Of a stretch of 64,000 nucleotides of DNA, positions 23,048-35,493 are shown piece by piece. The stretch covers positions 1 to 64,000 of the forward strand of contig JAQGDQ010000002.1 of the NCBI GenBank assembly GCA_030141605.1, in the 5' to 3' direction. The stretch is from Tubiluchus corallicola (taxonomy: Eukaryota > Animalia > Priapulida). The notes under the pieces are model-generated. The model saw only the letters and a list, made by a program, of their open reading frames with translations, ran no database searches and was not told the DNA's origin. A program made the translations under genes and the position numbers. Position 1 is the first letter of the stretch; every line of letters starts with the position of its first letter.

Positions 23048-26000
23048 GTATTGTATTGTTTTTCTTAATTTTCTTAATGAAAACAGAAAACTTTGTCTGT
23101 AAGTGCAAGCAGCAACTTGACTCTGCTCATATAAAGGTGGGACTCCATGCTCATAGTGCATGATCGATCCATAATACGTGATGCGTATTGACTATTTCCA
23201 TGTGTCCGTGAACGCTATGCGTATTACAGCAAAACAGGACGAATTTTTGATGTCCTTTTAATATACGGAAAAATGTAAGCATTTTAACTCATATAAGAAT
23301 GCCAAAGCCTTTCTGACAAATATTAAGTTAAAGAGATAATTAACAGTGGGCGAGCACAGCTAGTGATAACATCACAAACAAACACAATTTTCAACAGCAC
23401 AAACATTCCGGGAGCAGGTTACGCGTGTTTGCGAAAGCGAAAATTGTACAGTGCTACTGTACGACGTTCAGTGTGATATACAAAAACTTGGCATATTTTA
23501 AGATAAAAAAGAAATGTTAAATTTACCGCTGTGCTCACGCAAGAGCTCTCGAGTGTGTGTATTATGTCACAAACAAACAACTCTGAAATGAGAGGTACAG
23601 CACCTGTTTTCGTGCAATACATCTCCGAACTGTATGTGCTAGTCCTCGTCTAACGAATGACAAAATGCATGTAACAGTGAAGAACTAGCCGCGGGAACAC
23701 GAAATCGCTTTTGTGTGGTAATAATTCTTTTGCATATGTCAGTTTTTAAAAAATAGTATGTTCCCTTTCAATATTTTAAATACTAGATTGTTTTAATATA
23801 CAGTTTAGGATTGCATTGTATCCGGTTTTCTTTTAACAAGGCTCACTACGTCTTTCTGCCTTTTTCGGTTTGCTGTTGTTATAACGTATGATGAATGTTA
23901 TAACTAAAAGTAATATTTTTGGAAGCCGTGTCTTTTTGTCAAAGTTTCAGTGCAACAGTGGTCAAGAGATAATCACAACAGTGGCATTAGTTTACCATTG
24001 TGTTATGAGATGGAAAAATTCAAAAGAAAGCACAGGTTTTGGGTGTGTAACATTACACAGGATAAAGAACAATACAGCATGAATCACCTCTTAGTGAACA
24101 AACTGCAGTTAGATGCAGAACAACTTAATTATATGCTTCTTCCACCTCTCAAAAAATTCAAATGGAAGAATTATTACTGTGTATGATGCTGAAGTAACCA
24201 GAACTCACCTTGCAAGGAAGCCAATCATCGAAAATGGCTACCTAAAACTTGTAAAAAATTGTAAAACTACCGAAAAATTGTTAAATCACTTGGACAACAC
24301 CTGTTTCCTAACTGCGTATTGTTGCATGATTCATATTTGCATAATAGTGATCATGTTCGAGTGAGGACGGATCATGCGTTACTGACTGCGCATTACGTAC
24401 ATGTGGAAATGCGTGTTGAAATATAAACTGATGTATATGCAGTGCGGGTCATGCATTGCATGTACATACCTTAAGGAGTCCTGCCTTTAGAGATATATTT
24501 ATTTTTGCTTGTAATTGGTTTGCACACTTATCCTCTTTTTGAAACTGGAATAACATTAACTGAAGTTATTTTCAAAGCAATAAGTGTTGCATAAAAGCAA
24601 CAATCTACTATTGTTTACACGGGTAGCAAAAATCAGACTCGGGTATACTATTCCTGATACCCGTCGGGCAGCCGGGTGACCAATTGTTAAGATTCAGCAG
24701 CAGTGAAAAAACTGTAATGACATGTTCACAAATAAAAACAAACAGTGGTGCATTTTAACCAACCGGACTGTTATGTTAACAACAAGCAGTCAATTATTGC
24801 ACCCTGAAAGTTATAATAAATAAGCTGTGGGCCACAAAAGTTAGTGTTTCCCCCACACCAGACATTTGACTGAGTTTTTATCTGCCATACTTTAATTTCT
24901 GTATTGCATGCTTTGTCAATTAGTCAGCTACGTTTGTCTAGGTAGTAAGTATAACACTGAGCAATATTAATACTGGGATTAGGGGAACAAAATAATCTAT
25001 ATTGTCCTTTTTGTGTGCTGTTGAACTTAACAATCCGTTTATTCTTATCTTTATTAGTGGCCTGAAATAGGCTTTTAAAGATTAATAAACAATTTCAATT
25101 TGATAATTAACCACTTAGTAAATAAATCAGTTTTTTTCTAAGTCAGCCTTACAGCAAAAATGGTTTGATCTGCCATCTAGATAGGTGCTGTAGAAGTGCA
25201 CAGCAGAAGCAAATTTTAATTTTGTAACAATGGCTAATGTATTACAAATAATGTCTACATTTTCATTGTTGGAACTGGGTATAAATATTAGGCTCAGGCA
25301 ATAAACAATGTGGGTAAGTACCTGGGTTCCTGATGGAAGCACTACAACCTACAATCAAAAAGCTACTTATATTTTGTTTTCGTAAATTCAGTTCTGATTT
25401 TTTAGAATCTGGAGATCTACAATCAATGGAATCAGACACCAGTGCACTGCAGCATTCTGATGCTTCTAATATGTCTATTGAGTCAACGCCAGTCCCAACA
25501 ACTGCAAAATTTCGTCGTCCATACAAAAATATTGCATCTACTCGCAGAAAGAACAAACTGAGACATGTACGCATTATAGCCTATTAAACTTCATAATTAT
25601 ATTAAGCAATTTGAAATATCATCTTTCTTATTTAGTTAGACTCTTAATGGGAAGAGATTTAATTTTTGCTCTCATTGTTACCCTATTTGTAGCAATTTTA
25701 CATCATGCGCAAAACCACTGAGTTTTATTTTTTAACGAAAACTGTGTAATAATTTTGCTTGCTGTAGAATAGATATGAGTCATTTAAGAAGTGCTAGAGC
25801 ACCTAACCCTTATTTCTTATTACCCAATTTTAAACATTTGTGCAAAGGAGCAAGTCAGCTCTGCTATTGCATATTTTCAGGTGAAAACTTTATTACGTAA
25901 TTTGTCAGGTTACTTTGGCTGGTACTATAGTATTGATACATCAGATTTACGCAAAAAATAGCCGAAGCAATCTTTTTTATGTAGCCGATTCGAGTATATG

Positions 26001-28495
26001 TATTAGACATTCCTGAATGGTTACAAAAAAGTTGCTATTACTGTTATTTTTTGTTACATCTTTGTAATTATAGAAGACAGATTTCTTGACCCAAAAGATT
26101 TCGAATGCATGTAACAAGCATCATATTTGAAGAAAAGCTGTCTATAATTGAATTGTTTGTAGCATAACATCTATGTTTTGTAAGTTTACATGTAGTTTGT
26201 ACATAATATAAAATTTTGTAGTTTTTTTGAGCTGTATGCAAAAATTCTAGTTCACGTTCTTTATTTATAGCTTATTATATACACGTGCAATTCCATAATG
26301 GTTATTTTATATGGAGCACTCGACTGAGTGCAGTGCTGTTCTACAGAGGTGTGGTTCATAATTGGTTTTAGTTACTGTCTCCTACAAATTATGTTTGCAA
26401 GCAACATTCAGCCGGGATTTTTTGGCAGAGAACTGCTATTTTTAAAATATAAAATTGATATCACTCGTTTTCGTATAGGTGGCCAGTCTCTGCAATGATG
26501 ATGAGTTGATGGAGATAGTTCTGTCCAGAATAAGTAATGCCATTACTCTTTGGGACTTTCTGCTTGTCAAATCTGAACGCGAAGATGAAGAAAAACACTC
26601 TGTTACTATCATGTTGCAAGAACTTGACAAACTTTTGCAAGCAGTTAGAATCATGGCTCATGATAACCTGATGCGGCATACAGGTGAACAAGAAGACCAA
26701 CAAGAAGTAGTTGAGGTAGAGGTAGTTTTTTACTATAATTCGTTCTACCTGTTTTTCTAGGAATATAATTACGTTATTTGTTTAACAGAACAAAATTAAT
26801 CCCCAATGTTTAACAATAGACTGAGTACACCTACGAAAACATTTGAATTAAGAGCCAAGGCGACTTGATAACAACAGGGTTAAAGTAACTGTACATGGTT
26901 GTCGTTGTGTTCTTTCCAAAGCATTTTGACCAAGTGTATTGTTGAATATTACTGCATTGATATTTTTTATTGACACCATAATAACAGGTTTATAAATAAA
27001 TAACACCATATTATTTATTAAAATTACCTATTATTTGCTTGTGTCTTCGTAAATTAGAGTATCGTAAACTTGGTACTTTGCTTCTGATTACACTATAAAG
27101 ATATTATTTTGTTACTATAGTACTCTTACTGCAATATTATATACTAAGCTATTTTTACAGATTACAGACGAAAAACTTGCAAACTGTTTGGGTGTAGAAG
27201 TTGGTTCGTACGCTGTCAAATCGTCTTCGCTGTCGTATAACTCTCTGAATCGCAATCCTTCCTTCATTTATATTGATCAGTCTTCTGTGGATCACAGTGA
27301 AAAAGCTGTAACAAAGTCATTACCCGATGCAGAATCGCTGGAACCACATAGCAAAAGGTTAAAGGTAGAAAATGAAATTGTTGACAAAAGTGAAGAAGCT
27401 GTAGGCGAAAAAACTAATGACAAGAACAAGACATGTGACACAACGGAAATTAAAACTCCGGAAAGTGATATGACAACAACCCAGACATTGAGCATAACAG
27501 ATGAAATCAGTTCACTGTTAAAACCTGAAAACAATATATCAAGTTCAGATATTACATCAAAAGGTGATGATTCTGTAACTTCTGTTACTGAGACTTCCAA
27601 ACTTGATATAAAGACACCTATATTGGTTTCTGAGTCAAATTTCTCTGCATCAGTTCCCACTGCTGTTTCCGCTTCTCATACGTCGGTGCTAGACATTTCT
27701 AAAGCATCTCTCTCAACTCCTGTTTCTGCGAATTCGTCTACAATTGAAGTTCCATCTTCAAGTATAATACATGGTGAAGACAATCAGAGATATTTATTCC
27801 ATAACGGTCAACTGTTTATGCTTAGTAACGAAGACAGTTTGCAAACTGGCGATTCTGACAGTGGAGCAGATGCTTCAGAACCTCACATGTATGAAGTGAA
27901 TCATTCAGATGAGCACACTGAGATTAGCGATGAGAGTCTCACAACAAGAGAAGTGTGCCAGCAGGCAGAAGAATTGCAAGGTAAAGCGGATTTATCGGAA
28001 CAAATTGACGGCCAAGCAAATTTAACTGAAACCAATGGAGATTCACTATTACAAGAAAATTTATCGAAAGAAATGCTTGAAAGCAATGCAGTTTTACAGG
28101 AACAAGGAGACGTGTCATCGACTCATTTACCTGAAAAGACAACATTTTTAAAAACCGAAAAAGATTTTTCAGAAAAAGCAGAAGTGTCTGAACAAGCAAA
28201 AATGTTGAACGGTGTACAAACTTTGCAGGAAGACTCCAATTTGCCAGAACGAGCAGAGATTTCAAAGGAGAATTTGTCTGAAGAGGCAGCAACCTTACAG
28301 ATGGAAATCGACATGGGTGAGCAAGCAGATGCCTCACACATTAAGACTGATCTTTCCGAACGGATGCCGGTCTTACAACAGATGGCTGATGGAACGATCT
28401 TGTTGCAAAAAGAAGATGGCACTATCATTCAATTGCAATCGGATGGTGATTCAATTCCAATAGAGACGATACAAGCTTTACTTGCTAGCAATTGA
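21670..28495 (+). CDS. ZNF839: ZNF839-like protein (AT-hook, DUF4764-type region, single C2H2 finger), ~1036 aa, 4 exons
   Basis: join(21670-23047,25406-25566,26479-26715,27161-28495) = 3111 nt, phase-consistent. Motifs [45 protein letters not shown] and ITLWDFLLVKSE resemble vertebrate ZNF839. Confidence 0.85.
23135..24486 (+). mobile_element. Internally deleted PIF/Harbinger element with a transposase relic
   Basis: Terminal inverted repeats (taa)aggtgggactcc / ggagtcctgcct(tta), with further degenerate inverted similarity over ~90 bp. Internal 24008-24230 encodes KRKHRFWVCNITQDKEQYSMNHLLVNKLQLD...RKPI, resembling the N-terminus of Harbinger transposases. Confidence 0.65.
25406..25566 (+). 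CDS. ZNF839: ZNF839-like coding exon 2
   Basis: ttttag acceptor in phase 1; gtacgc donor. Confidence 0.72.
26479..26715 (+). CDS. ZNF839: ZNF839-like coding exon 3
   Basis: tatag acceptor; CNDDELMEIVLSRISNAITLWDFLLVK; donor at 26716, or an in-frame alternative at 26722. Confidence 0.82.
27161..28495 (+). CDS. ZNF839: ZNF839-like last coding exon
   Basis: ttttacag acceptor; 435-aa S/E/T-rich ORF ending IPIETIQALLASN*. Confidence 0.85.
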   Translation: MTDEKLANCLGVEVGSYAVKSSSLSYNSLNRNPSFIYIDQSSVDHSEKAVTKSLPDAESLEPHSKRLKVENEIVDKSEEAVGEKTNDKNKTCDTTEIKTPESDMTTTQTLSITDEISSLLKPENNISSSDITSKGDDSVTSVTETSKLDIKTPILVSESNFSASVPTAVSASHTSVLDISKASLSTPVSANSSTIEVPSSSIIHGEDNQRYLFHNGQLFMLSNEDSLQTGDSDSGADASEPHMYEVNHSDEHTEISDESLTTREVCQQAEELQGKADLSEQIDGQANLTETNGDSLLQENLSKEMLESNAVLQEQGDVSSTHLPEKTTFLKTEKDFSEKAEVSEQAKMLNGVQTLQEDSNLPERAEISKENLSEEAATLQMEIDMGEQADASHIKTDLSERMPVLQQMADGTILLQKEDGTIIQLQSDGDSIPIETIQALLASN

Positions 28496-29779
28496 TGAAA
28501 AATCTCCCTGTCATGATTTGTTGAATGTGACTTTAAAGTCCCAAAGATTTATGTGAGTTTTCTAAGCATTTAACTTTTTGTTTGTTCTTTTCCTGGTGAA
28601 CAAAGTAGTCAGCAATTCAAGTATTGCAAGGTTTTGGATTGTTAAGACTAGAATGCCAGACAATTGGTAGTTTCTACCATTGCTTTAGATTCAGTACCAC
28701 AGCTTTGTATTGAAATTAGGATAGTTAAGTATGCGAATATTGTACATATGCTAATAACAATGTGCTTACTAATGTTTTAATTGCTAAATGTGTGTGTTTA
28801 GTGTGTCAGAACAAAAATGATTTTAGTTCTATGAACACTGTTAACTCTGTACCATATGGTACATGTTATTATATATTTGTCAACATGGTGTGTTCTACTG
28901 TACATGGATGTTGGGCAAACATATCTCGATAAACTGAATATTTGTTGAGGCTTTCTCTCAAGTACGCAAACACATTATTTCTCGGTGCAAATTGACATTG
29001 CTTCAGTGTTTCTTTTTTGTCATACGTCCTAACCTAAGTCACCGTTTTGTCTTTTTTATTGTTTGTGAATCTGCAAGGTATTGCTTTCAACTGCTTGCCA
29101 GGCTTGCTTTGTTTGACTTTTCTAATACACTGGGAAATAATAGTGCTTTTTATGACAGATTATCTGGCCTTTTTCAAAACACTGTAGGTTATTTGGTTGT
29201 AGTTTGCTGATTTGCAATTCGTAACTTTACATACCTAAAATAATTTATAATAATTTATTGCTATTTGGATCACAATTAATACACATGTTACGTTGAATTG
29301 TATTTATTCCATTTCTGTAAACGCGTTCAGTCAGCTCAGTATATTTGACAAACTTATCGTTATTGTCATTGGTTTTTTCCTCTTTCGTTGTCTCATCTTT
29401 TCATCTTTCTACTTCAAGGGTGTAGTTGCTGAGCAAAGATGTAGTCAAGTTTTTGAATTTATTAGTGGCTTTGTCTGATATGCAGACTTTACTAGCAATT
29501 TAAGTTATGATAATTACATATAGGTAAATGTAAGACTGTTCATTTTTGCAATATGTTGCACTGTAAAGTCAGTAGTCATTACAGAAAATTTTCTGTTGTC
29601 TTGATTTTTTGATGATTGTTATTGTTTATCATAACAGTTACTGTAAAGTGTCCTGAGCTATGCTTGCCTGGTGTATTGCAGCAGTTTTTATTGTCATCTG
29701 GTGCCATTGGTCAAGCCATTTCAACTAGTGAAGCCAAAAAGGCATGTTCTCTGCCTATGCTGTATGTTAGGCCATTTGC

Positions 29780-30422
29780 GGGCTTACTGTAATTTGGGAA
29801 ACAACTGGAAATCGCAAAATTTAGAGAAAGGAGAGACAGGATAGAGGCAGAAAAAGAGATAGAGGGTGAGGGTGAGGGAGAGAAAGAGAATGTGTGAGTG
29901 AGTGTGAGAGAGGGAGCGAGAGTGAGAAAGAGAGTTGGAGAGGGAGAGATAAAGAGTGAGGGAGCGAGAGTGAGAAGGAGAGTGCGATACACGCACATGC
30001 ACACACTCTCTTGAAATGTTATTTTTTGTATTGTTGTTTTGTTTGTGTGCTTGTACGGATCTACTGTGTTTTTGTTGTAAATAGTTTTTAATGTTGAACT
30101 AATATAATGTGATCATATGAACGAAAGTTTGAAATATAGAAGTAAATCAAATTCGAATCTCTCTCTCTCTTTTGCTCTCTCCTTCAGCCTCTCTGTCGTC
30201 CTCTCTCACTCTTCTCTCCTTTGTTCACTCATTCACTCACACACCTCTTTCTCTCCACTCTCTCTCCCTCGCTCCCCCTTTGTCTCTTTCACTCACACAT
30301 ATTGTCTTTCTTGCCCTCGCTGTTTTTCTCTCCCTCGCTCCCTCTATCTTTTTCTGCCTCTATCTTGTCTCTCTCTCTACATTTCAAAATTTCCAGTTCG
30401 CTTTGCAAATTGCAATAAGCCC
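29780..30422. repeat. Long inverted repeat with GA-rich and TC-rich arms (probable MITE)
   Basis: Left arm gggcttactgtaatttg...actggaaat...agacaggatagaggcagaaaaaga is the reverse complement of right arm tctttttctgcctctatcttgtct...atttccagtt...aattgcaataagccc. Confidence 0.85.
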
Positions 30423-32164
30423 ATTTGCTTACTCACGCACAGTGTAATAGAAATAATGTAACCAGAAATAAAAGAAAGTAGAAACATTAAAAACAAAAAT
30501 ATTAATGTTGTTTGAGAAACTCAGACCAGTGTACATAAAAATGTATTGTATAGTACGCAGAAATCAATGCACGGTTCTGCTTTTTTTCTGTCCGAGTTTG
30601 GATAAGGAGTAGCTAATCAGCTAGTGTTTCACTTAGATTCAGAAGAAGTGTACAATTTCCCACACAATTTAAATACCCTCACCCGAACTCTAACCATAAC
30701 CTTGTTGGCAATGGGACTATTTAGTGTGGAATCAGCCCGCGTTTGGAGCGCGGGAGTTTGGATGATAAAAAGGCGGGAGATTGTAGAATGTGGACTTAAG
30801 ACGATTGTGAATAAACTGTTAATTTTATATTTTAATTGTGAGTTACATCTTTCAGATAGCTAACCCAATTCAACTTCACAAACTAATTTCTTGTGTGTGC
30901 GAAACTGTAAACTTTAGCCCTACAGTAGGAACTTGTGTAAGATGTAGACTTCTGAGAAAAAAACTTTGGTGGATGCAAAATGGGAAAAGTACAGAATGCG
31001 AAACATTGAGTGTTGTTCTGTCTGACTGTCCGGATTCGTCTTTTAGAAACCATTTATTGCTGTCTTGGAACGCATTTTTCGTGCACATGTCATTTGTCGT
31101 TGCACAGAATCCGTTTTTCGTGTAAATTTAGTATCACAACATAAAAGCTGGCTAAAACATTACATGGTAACGAAAAACGAAAAATATCCTTAGGAATGTT
31201 TGCAAATGCACAGGGTAAATATTCAAGCTGCTTGACCGATTAAGTTTCACGGACGCGTTTTTTATTTAAAAAACTAACACAGCCATTAAACATTCCATAA
31301 ATTAGGCAATTGATCAAATCGAATGGATAACAGTTTATTATGCCATTACTATCATATGTGTGAAGAAGATATTTCGAAGCCCATTGGAGCTCCTTCAGCG
31401 TAAACACTACAATACAGTACATCTGTTTTACAGGTTTTTTTAATAAGAAACGTAAGCACATCCATGAATCCATTTATAAATCTTTATTGGTGTGGGTGTT
31501 TTTGGATACCAAACCTATTAAAAGATTTAAGTTTCGCATACTTCGTTGACGGACCGTGGACTGTCCAGACTATTCTAAGTTTGTTATTTAGTCTGCTAAA
31601 AAAACAAATATTTATAGCCTACATGTATCACCACGAAAACTTTATTTCATAGTTCAATTTAGCGCGAAAATAATATCGGGACGTGTCCTAATGAGTACGT
31701 ACTGCCCAGCTTGTAGTAATCAAAAAGCTGATAGAGGCCACTTTCAATCTACATGTATATCACTCTCACATTAATTGCGAATGTGTGGATTTTGTTTGTT
31801 AGCAATAGTGCAGCGGTTTTCCAGTAAAATTATGTGGGAACGATCTTTGTCATTTTTATAGCGAAAGTCATGAGGCTTCAAAAAGTTTTGAGAAAGCATC
31901 TGTTTTTGTTACGCAAGGTTGCAACACAACCGTGACGTTTTGGAAACCACGTGCTCATGTGCGAGAAATTCGCACATTTCGGCGGCACCATAACAAGAAA
32001 CGTCAAATCCTGTTTAGATTGTCGGGCGCTCCCGATATGTCGCGCAACTGACAGAGGTTTATAATTACATCTGACGTACAAACAGTTTTAGTGCTGGAAT
32101 GCATTGATAGTCTATTTCAGATCATTTGCTGGTCACTCGTCAGTTTTTAACTTGGAGGCGTTTG

Positions 32165-32585
32165 GAGTGGGCGCCCTAAAGTACCTCCCAAATCAATTAT
32201 AAATCATATTTTGAGCGTATCAATGAAACTTTGATCCTCCTTACTGGAGCATCTTTGCTCCTTACTAAAGCTTAGTGTCTCTTAAATAACGAATTTGATC
32301 ACGGAGATCATACATTTGTAATTGCCAAGTTTTCAAATTGGTGCGTCATGCAGAGGGCGTCCTTAAAGTACCCCAAAATCAATTTCAATCACACTTTCAG
32401 TGCATCAGTTAAACTTTGCAAAAAGTTTTTTACACCTTAAGGGATAAAAATCAACCAGCGGCTTTTAACTAATGAAATGTGCCACTTATTGATCACTGTT
32501 GCTTTTTTAAATTGGACCTATTTGTAAGGGACCCCTAAAAGTACACCCAAACCAATTTAAATCAAAGAAACTTTGCGAAAATGTT
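32165..32585. repeat. Three degenerate ~180-bp tandem units
   Basis: Core taaagtacc...aaatcaatt...aaactttg at about 32175, 32362 and 32537. Confidence 0.7.
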
Positions 32586-33186
32586 CTTCACACTGATGAT
32601 TTTTGTCTTTATGAGATTTACCTAATCGGTGACCAAAATTTTACACGTCTCTGCTGCTTTTATTGCAGAACTTGGTTTTTTATTCGAAAGCCCTACACTC
32701 CAGATACACGATACCTATTGAGAAAGTGTGTCAGGCAATAGTGACAACATTTCAGTGTTACTCAGGACAAGGACGCATGATAGTCTAAACAGGACGCAAG
32801 ATGTCTAGATGTGTCTATGGATGAACCATAGCATTTATTTAATTAGTGCACTGGTATGTTCCCACAACATTTACCAAATATTAAGACTTTTGCTAGACGG
32901 CTTTTTGCAGCATTACAACACCAACTAAAAGTGTTTCAATAATATTATTATGCTAATATAAATTATAAATAAAAACAGCTGCAAAGCGATTGATTAAAGA
33001 ATTACGTGTATAACGTGTGTACAAATCATTATCGGCCCATATTTCTGCATATATATGTATAATATATATATTATTCTATGTAAACTTCTATCCATGCAAT
33101 TGAATATTTCATGCAATTGTATCATGTAATTCATTTTACAGAATTTTGAGGTAATCGAGATGCGTTCTCACAAACACAGTAGATTG

Positions 33187-35462
33187 TTATGTCAAATTGT
33201 CAAGGTACTGCTCTTTGAGTTTCCTGTCTAACCGCCGTTCTCGCTCTTCTTGTTCGATTTTGTCTATTACAGATTCTTCTTTACGGTGTCTACCCCTGTT
33301 TGTCCGTCGTTGGCTGCTTCGACTGTTTGCTCTCTCAAAACTGTCATCATCGTCGAGTTCATCATTATCAGTGTCATATGCCTTGTAGTTGTAATCTTCA
33401 TCATAAGAACCACGTTTACGGCGCTTCTTAGTAGTTAATTTATTGCTAATCACATTATTGTTTACACCTCTTTTTCTCCTAATTTTGTTGTTTGCATGCC
33501 ATTTTTCACCGTGTTTGTGGAATTTGTTTTTGCCAATTTCTCTCTTTTGTCTCACTCCAACTCCAGTATTTTGGTTTTTGTGATCACTGCTTTCCGCCTC
33601 ATTATTAGCATTTCTTTTTTTGTCTTCCTTTTCCTTTCCACGATTTTCACCTTCTTTATCAATGTCATTCGCGACCTTTTCGTTTTCATCCTTACCAAAG
33701 TTTGATTTATTGATTGAATCACTTGCATCCCCACCTTCTTCTCTGTTATTATTATCTTCAAGTTGATTTATGATTTCTTCATTATGATCTTCAGTTGCCT
33801 CATTTTTCGAATTGGTGCCACCTGCTTCTCTTTCACTAATCCTATTTTCAGTGTTTTCCACATCTCTCCTTATAATTTCATTCATATTCTTTAAATTGCC
33901 ATCAGTGTTGCCTTGATTGTCTGCTTTGTTTGCATTTTCATTTGGCGATTCTTTTTCATTTACTGCTGCTAGATCATTTCTTTCCCTTTCACCTATACTA
34001 GATTCAATTTTTTCAGCTTCTTCCTTATCAGTGATTGCTTCTCTCTTATTATGCTTTGAATTAGTATCCGCTTCATATTCACTTTCTTCATATTCATTTT
34101 CCATCTTCTGCTTTTCTATGTCTTCATTTTCCTCATCTGGTACCTTTTCTATCTCTGTTTCAGATCCTAAGTCACCATCAACATTTGCTTCTCTCACATG
34201 AACATTGTTTTCAGTGTCTTCATTATCTGCTTTTTCAACTTCTACCATGTCATCATTTCTTCCACTCCTGCCAATGTCAATGTTTGTATTGCCCATCTCC
34301 TCATTTTCCCTCTTCTCCTTTTCTGTTTCCAAATTTGCATTCTCTTCTTCTTCATTTTCCAAGTTGTCATTATTTACTTCATTTATATCATTATTGTCTT
34401 CAATATCTATTCGGTCTGCTTCGTCAGTTTCTTCTTCATCATTATTTGCATCATTGTCATTTGCGTCTTCTGTCTTTGTTTCTCCCAATTTCTTTTCTTT
34501 ATTATTAATGTGAATATCAGCATCGTTGTCAACATCATTTTCGTCTACATTGTCGTCTTCTCCTTTATTGTAGTTGTTTAAATCTTCTTTCTTTTCTTTC
34601 GTGTTTCCTTCATTTGATTCGAGGTTATCAATAACTGGCACATCTGCACCATCATTGTTTTCAGCTTCTGCATATCTGTCAGCTGTTTCTACATTTGCCT
34701 CGTTATGAACGACATCATTCACTTCTCTTTCAATGACATCCAGCTTTGCATTTGTACTGTCTTCAGACGTATCTAGCTTTTCAACATTTGTTTCTACCTC
34801 TTCTCTTTCCCCTTCATTAGCAGAATTTTTGCCAATTTCCCTCACCTGTTTTTCTTCTTTAAATACCTTTTTTATTTTATCTTTTTCCTGATTAGCTTGA
34901 GATTCCGCATTAACCAAATTTGATTCAGTATCATGTTCATTATCATTTTGCACTGCATCATTATATTCTTTTCTGTTTTCGTTAAGTGCATCTATATCAT
35001 CTGCACCGTATTCATCAAGAGCACCTGCCATATCACTGTAATTCTCATCGTAACCCTCATCGTTATCTGTATCCCTAACTTGTTTTTCTGCATTTTCACT
35101 AACCCCTGCTTCACCCTTTTCACTGTCATCACTAGATGCATGATTGCTAGCCAAGTTCTTAGCACCGTGTTTCTCATCACCGAGTTCGTTTTCATGCTTA
35201 CTACCACTTTCAGCTTCATCTCCTTCTCCCATATCGAAATCCTCATCTAAATCGTTCACATTAAACTCATCATTTATTAAGCCAGTCATGTCATTGCTGG
35301 TTTCTGCTACGTCATTTCCATTTTCATTTCTTCCTTCCTTTTCCCATTGCTTTTGTTTTTCCAAATTGTAATTGCTATCACTGTCATCATTCCGCTTTTG
35401 GTTTACCGCGCCACTATCACTGTCATCACTCTGATCAACAGCAAAATCACCTTCTTCATTAT
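33187..35462 (-). CDS. Acidic precursor exon 2, part after the frameshift
   Basis: Frame open from 35463 (YNEEGDFAVDQSDDSDS...) to TAA at 33187-33189; RQKR, RRKR and RRKR sites near the C-terminus. Confidence 0.85.

Positions 35463-35493
<31 letters not shown>

Noticed and set aside
29711-30461. S/L/H-rich ORFs on both strands
   Set aside because: Translations of the GA/TC repeat arms.
35431-35450. A 20-nt GT-AG segment on the minus strand (gtgattttgctgttgatcag) whose removal would also join the two ORFs in frame
   Set aside because: Far below the normal spliceosomal minimum in animals, and the segment itself encodes on-composition residues (GDFAVDQ) in frame B. A 1-nt indel is more parsimonious.
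35403-35459. MKKVILLLIRVMTVIVAR looks like a signal peptide for a second gene
   Set aside because: It ends in a stop and is out of frame with the downstream ORF. It is the expected hydrophobic off-frame reading of acidic codons.
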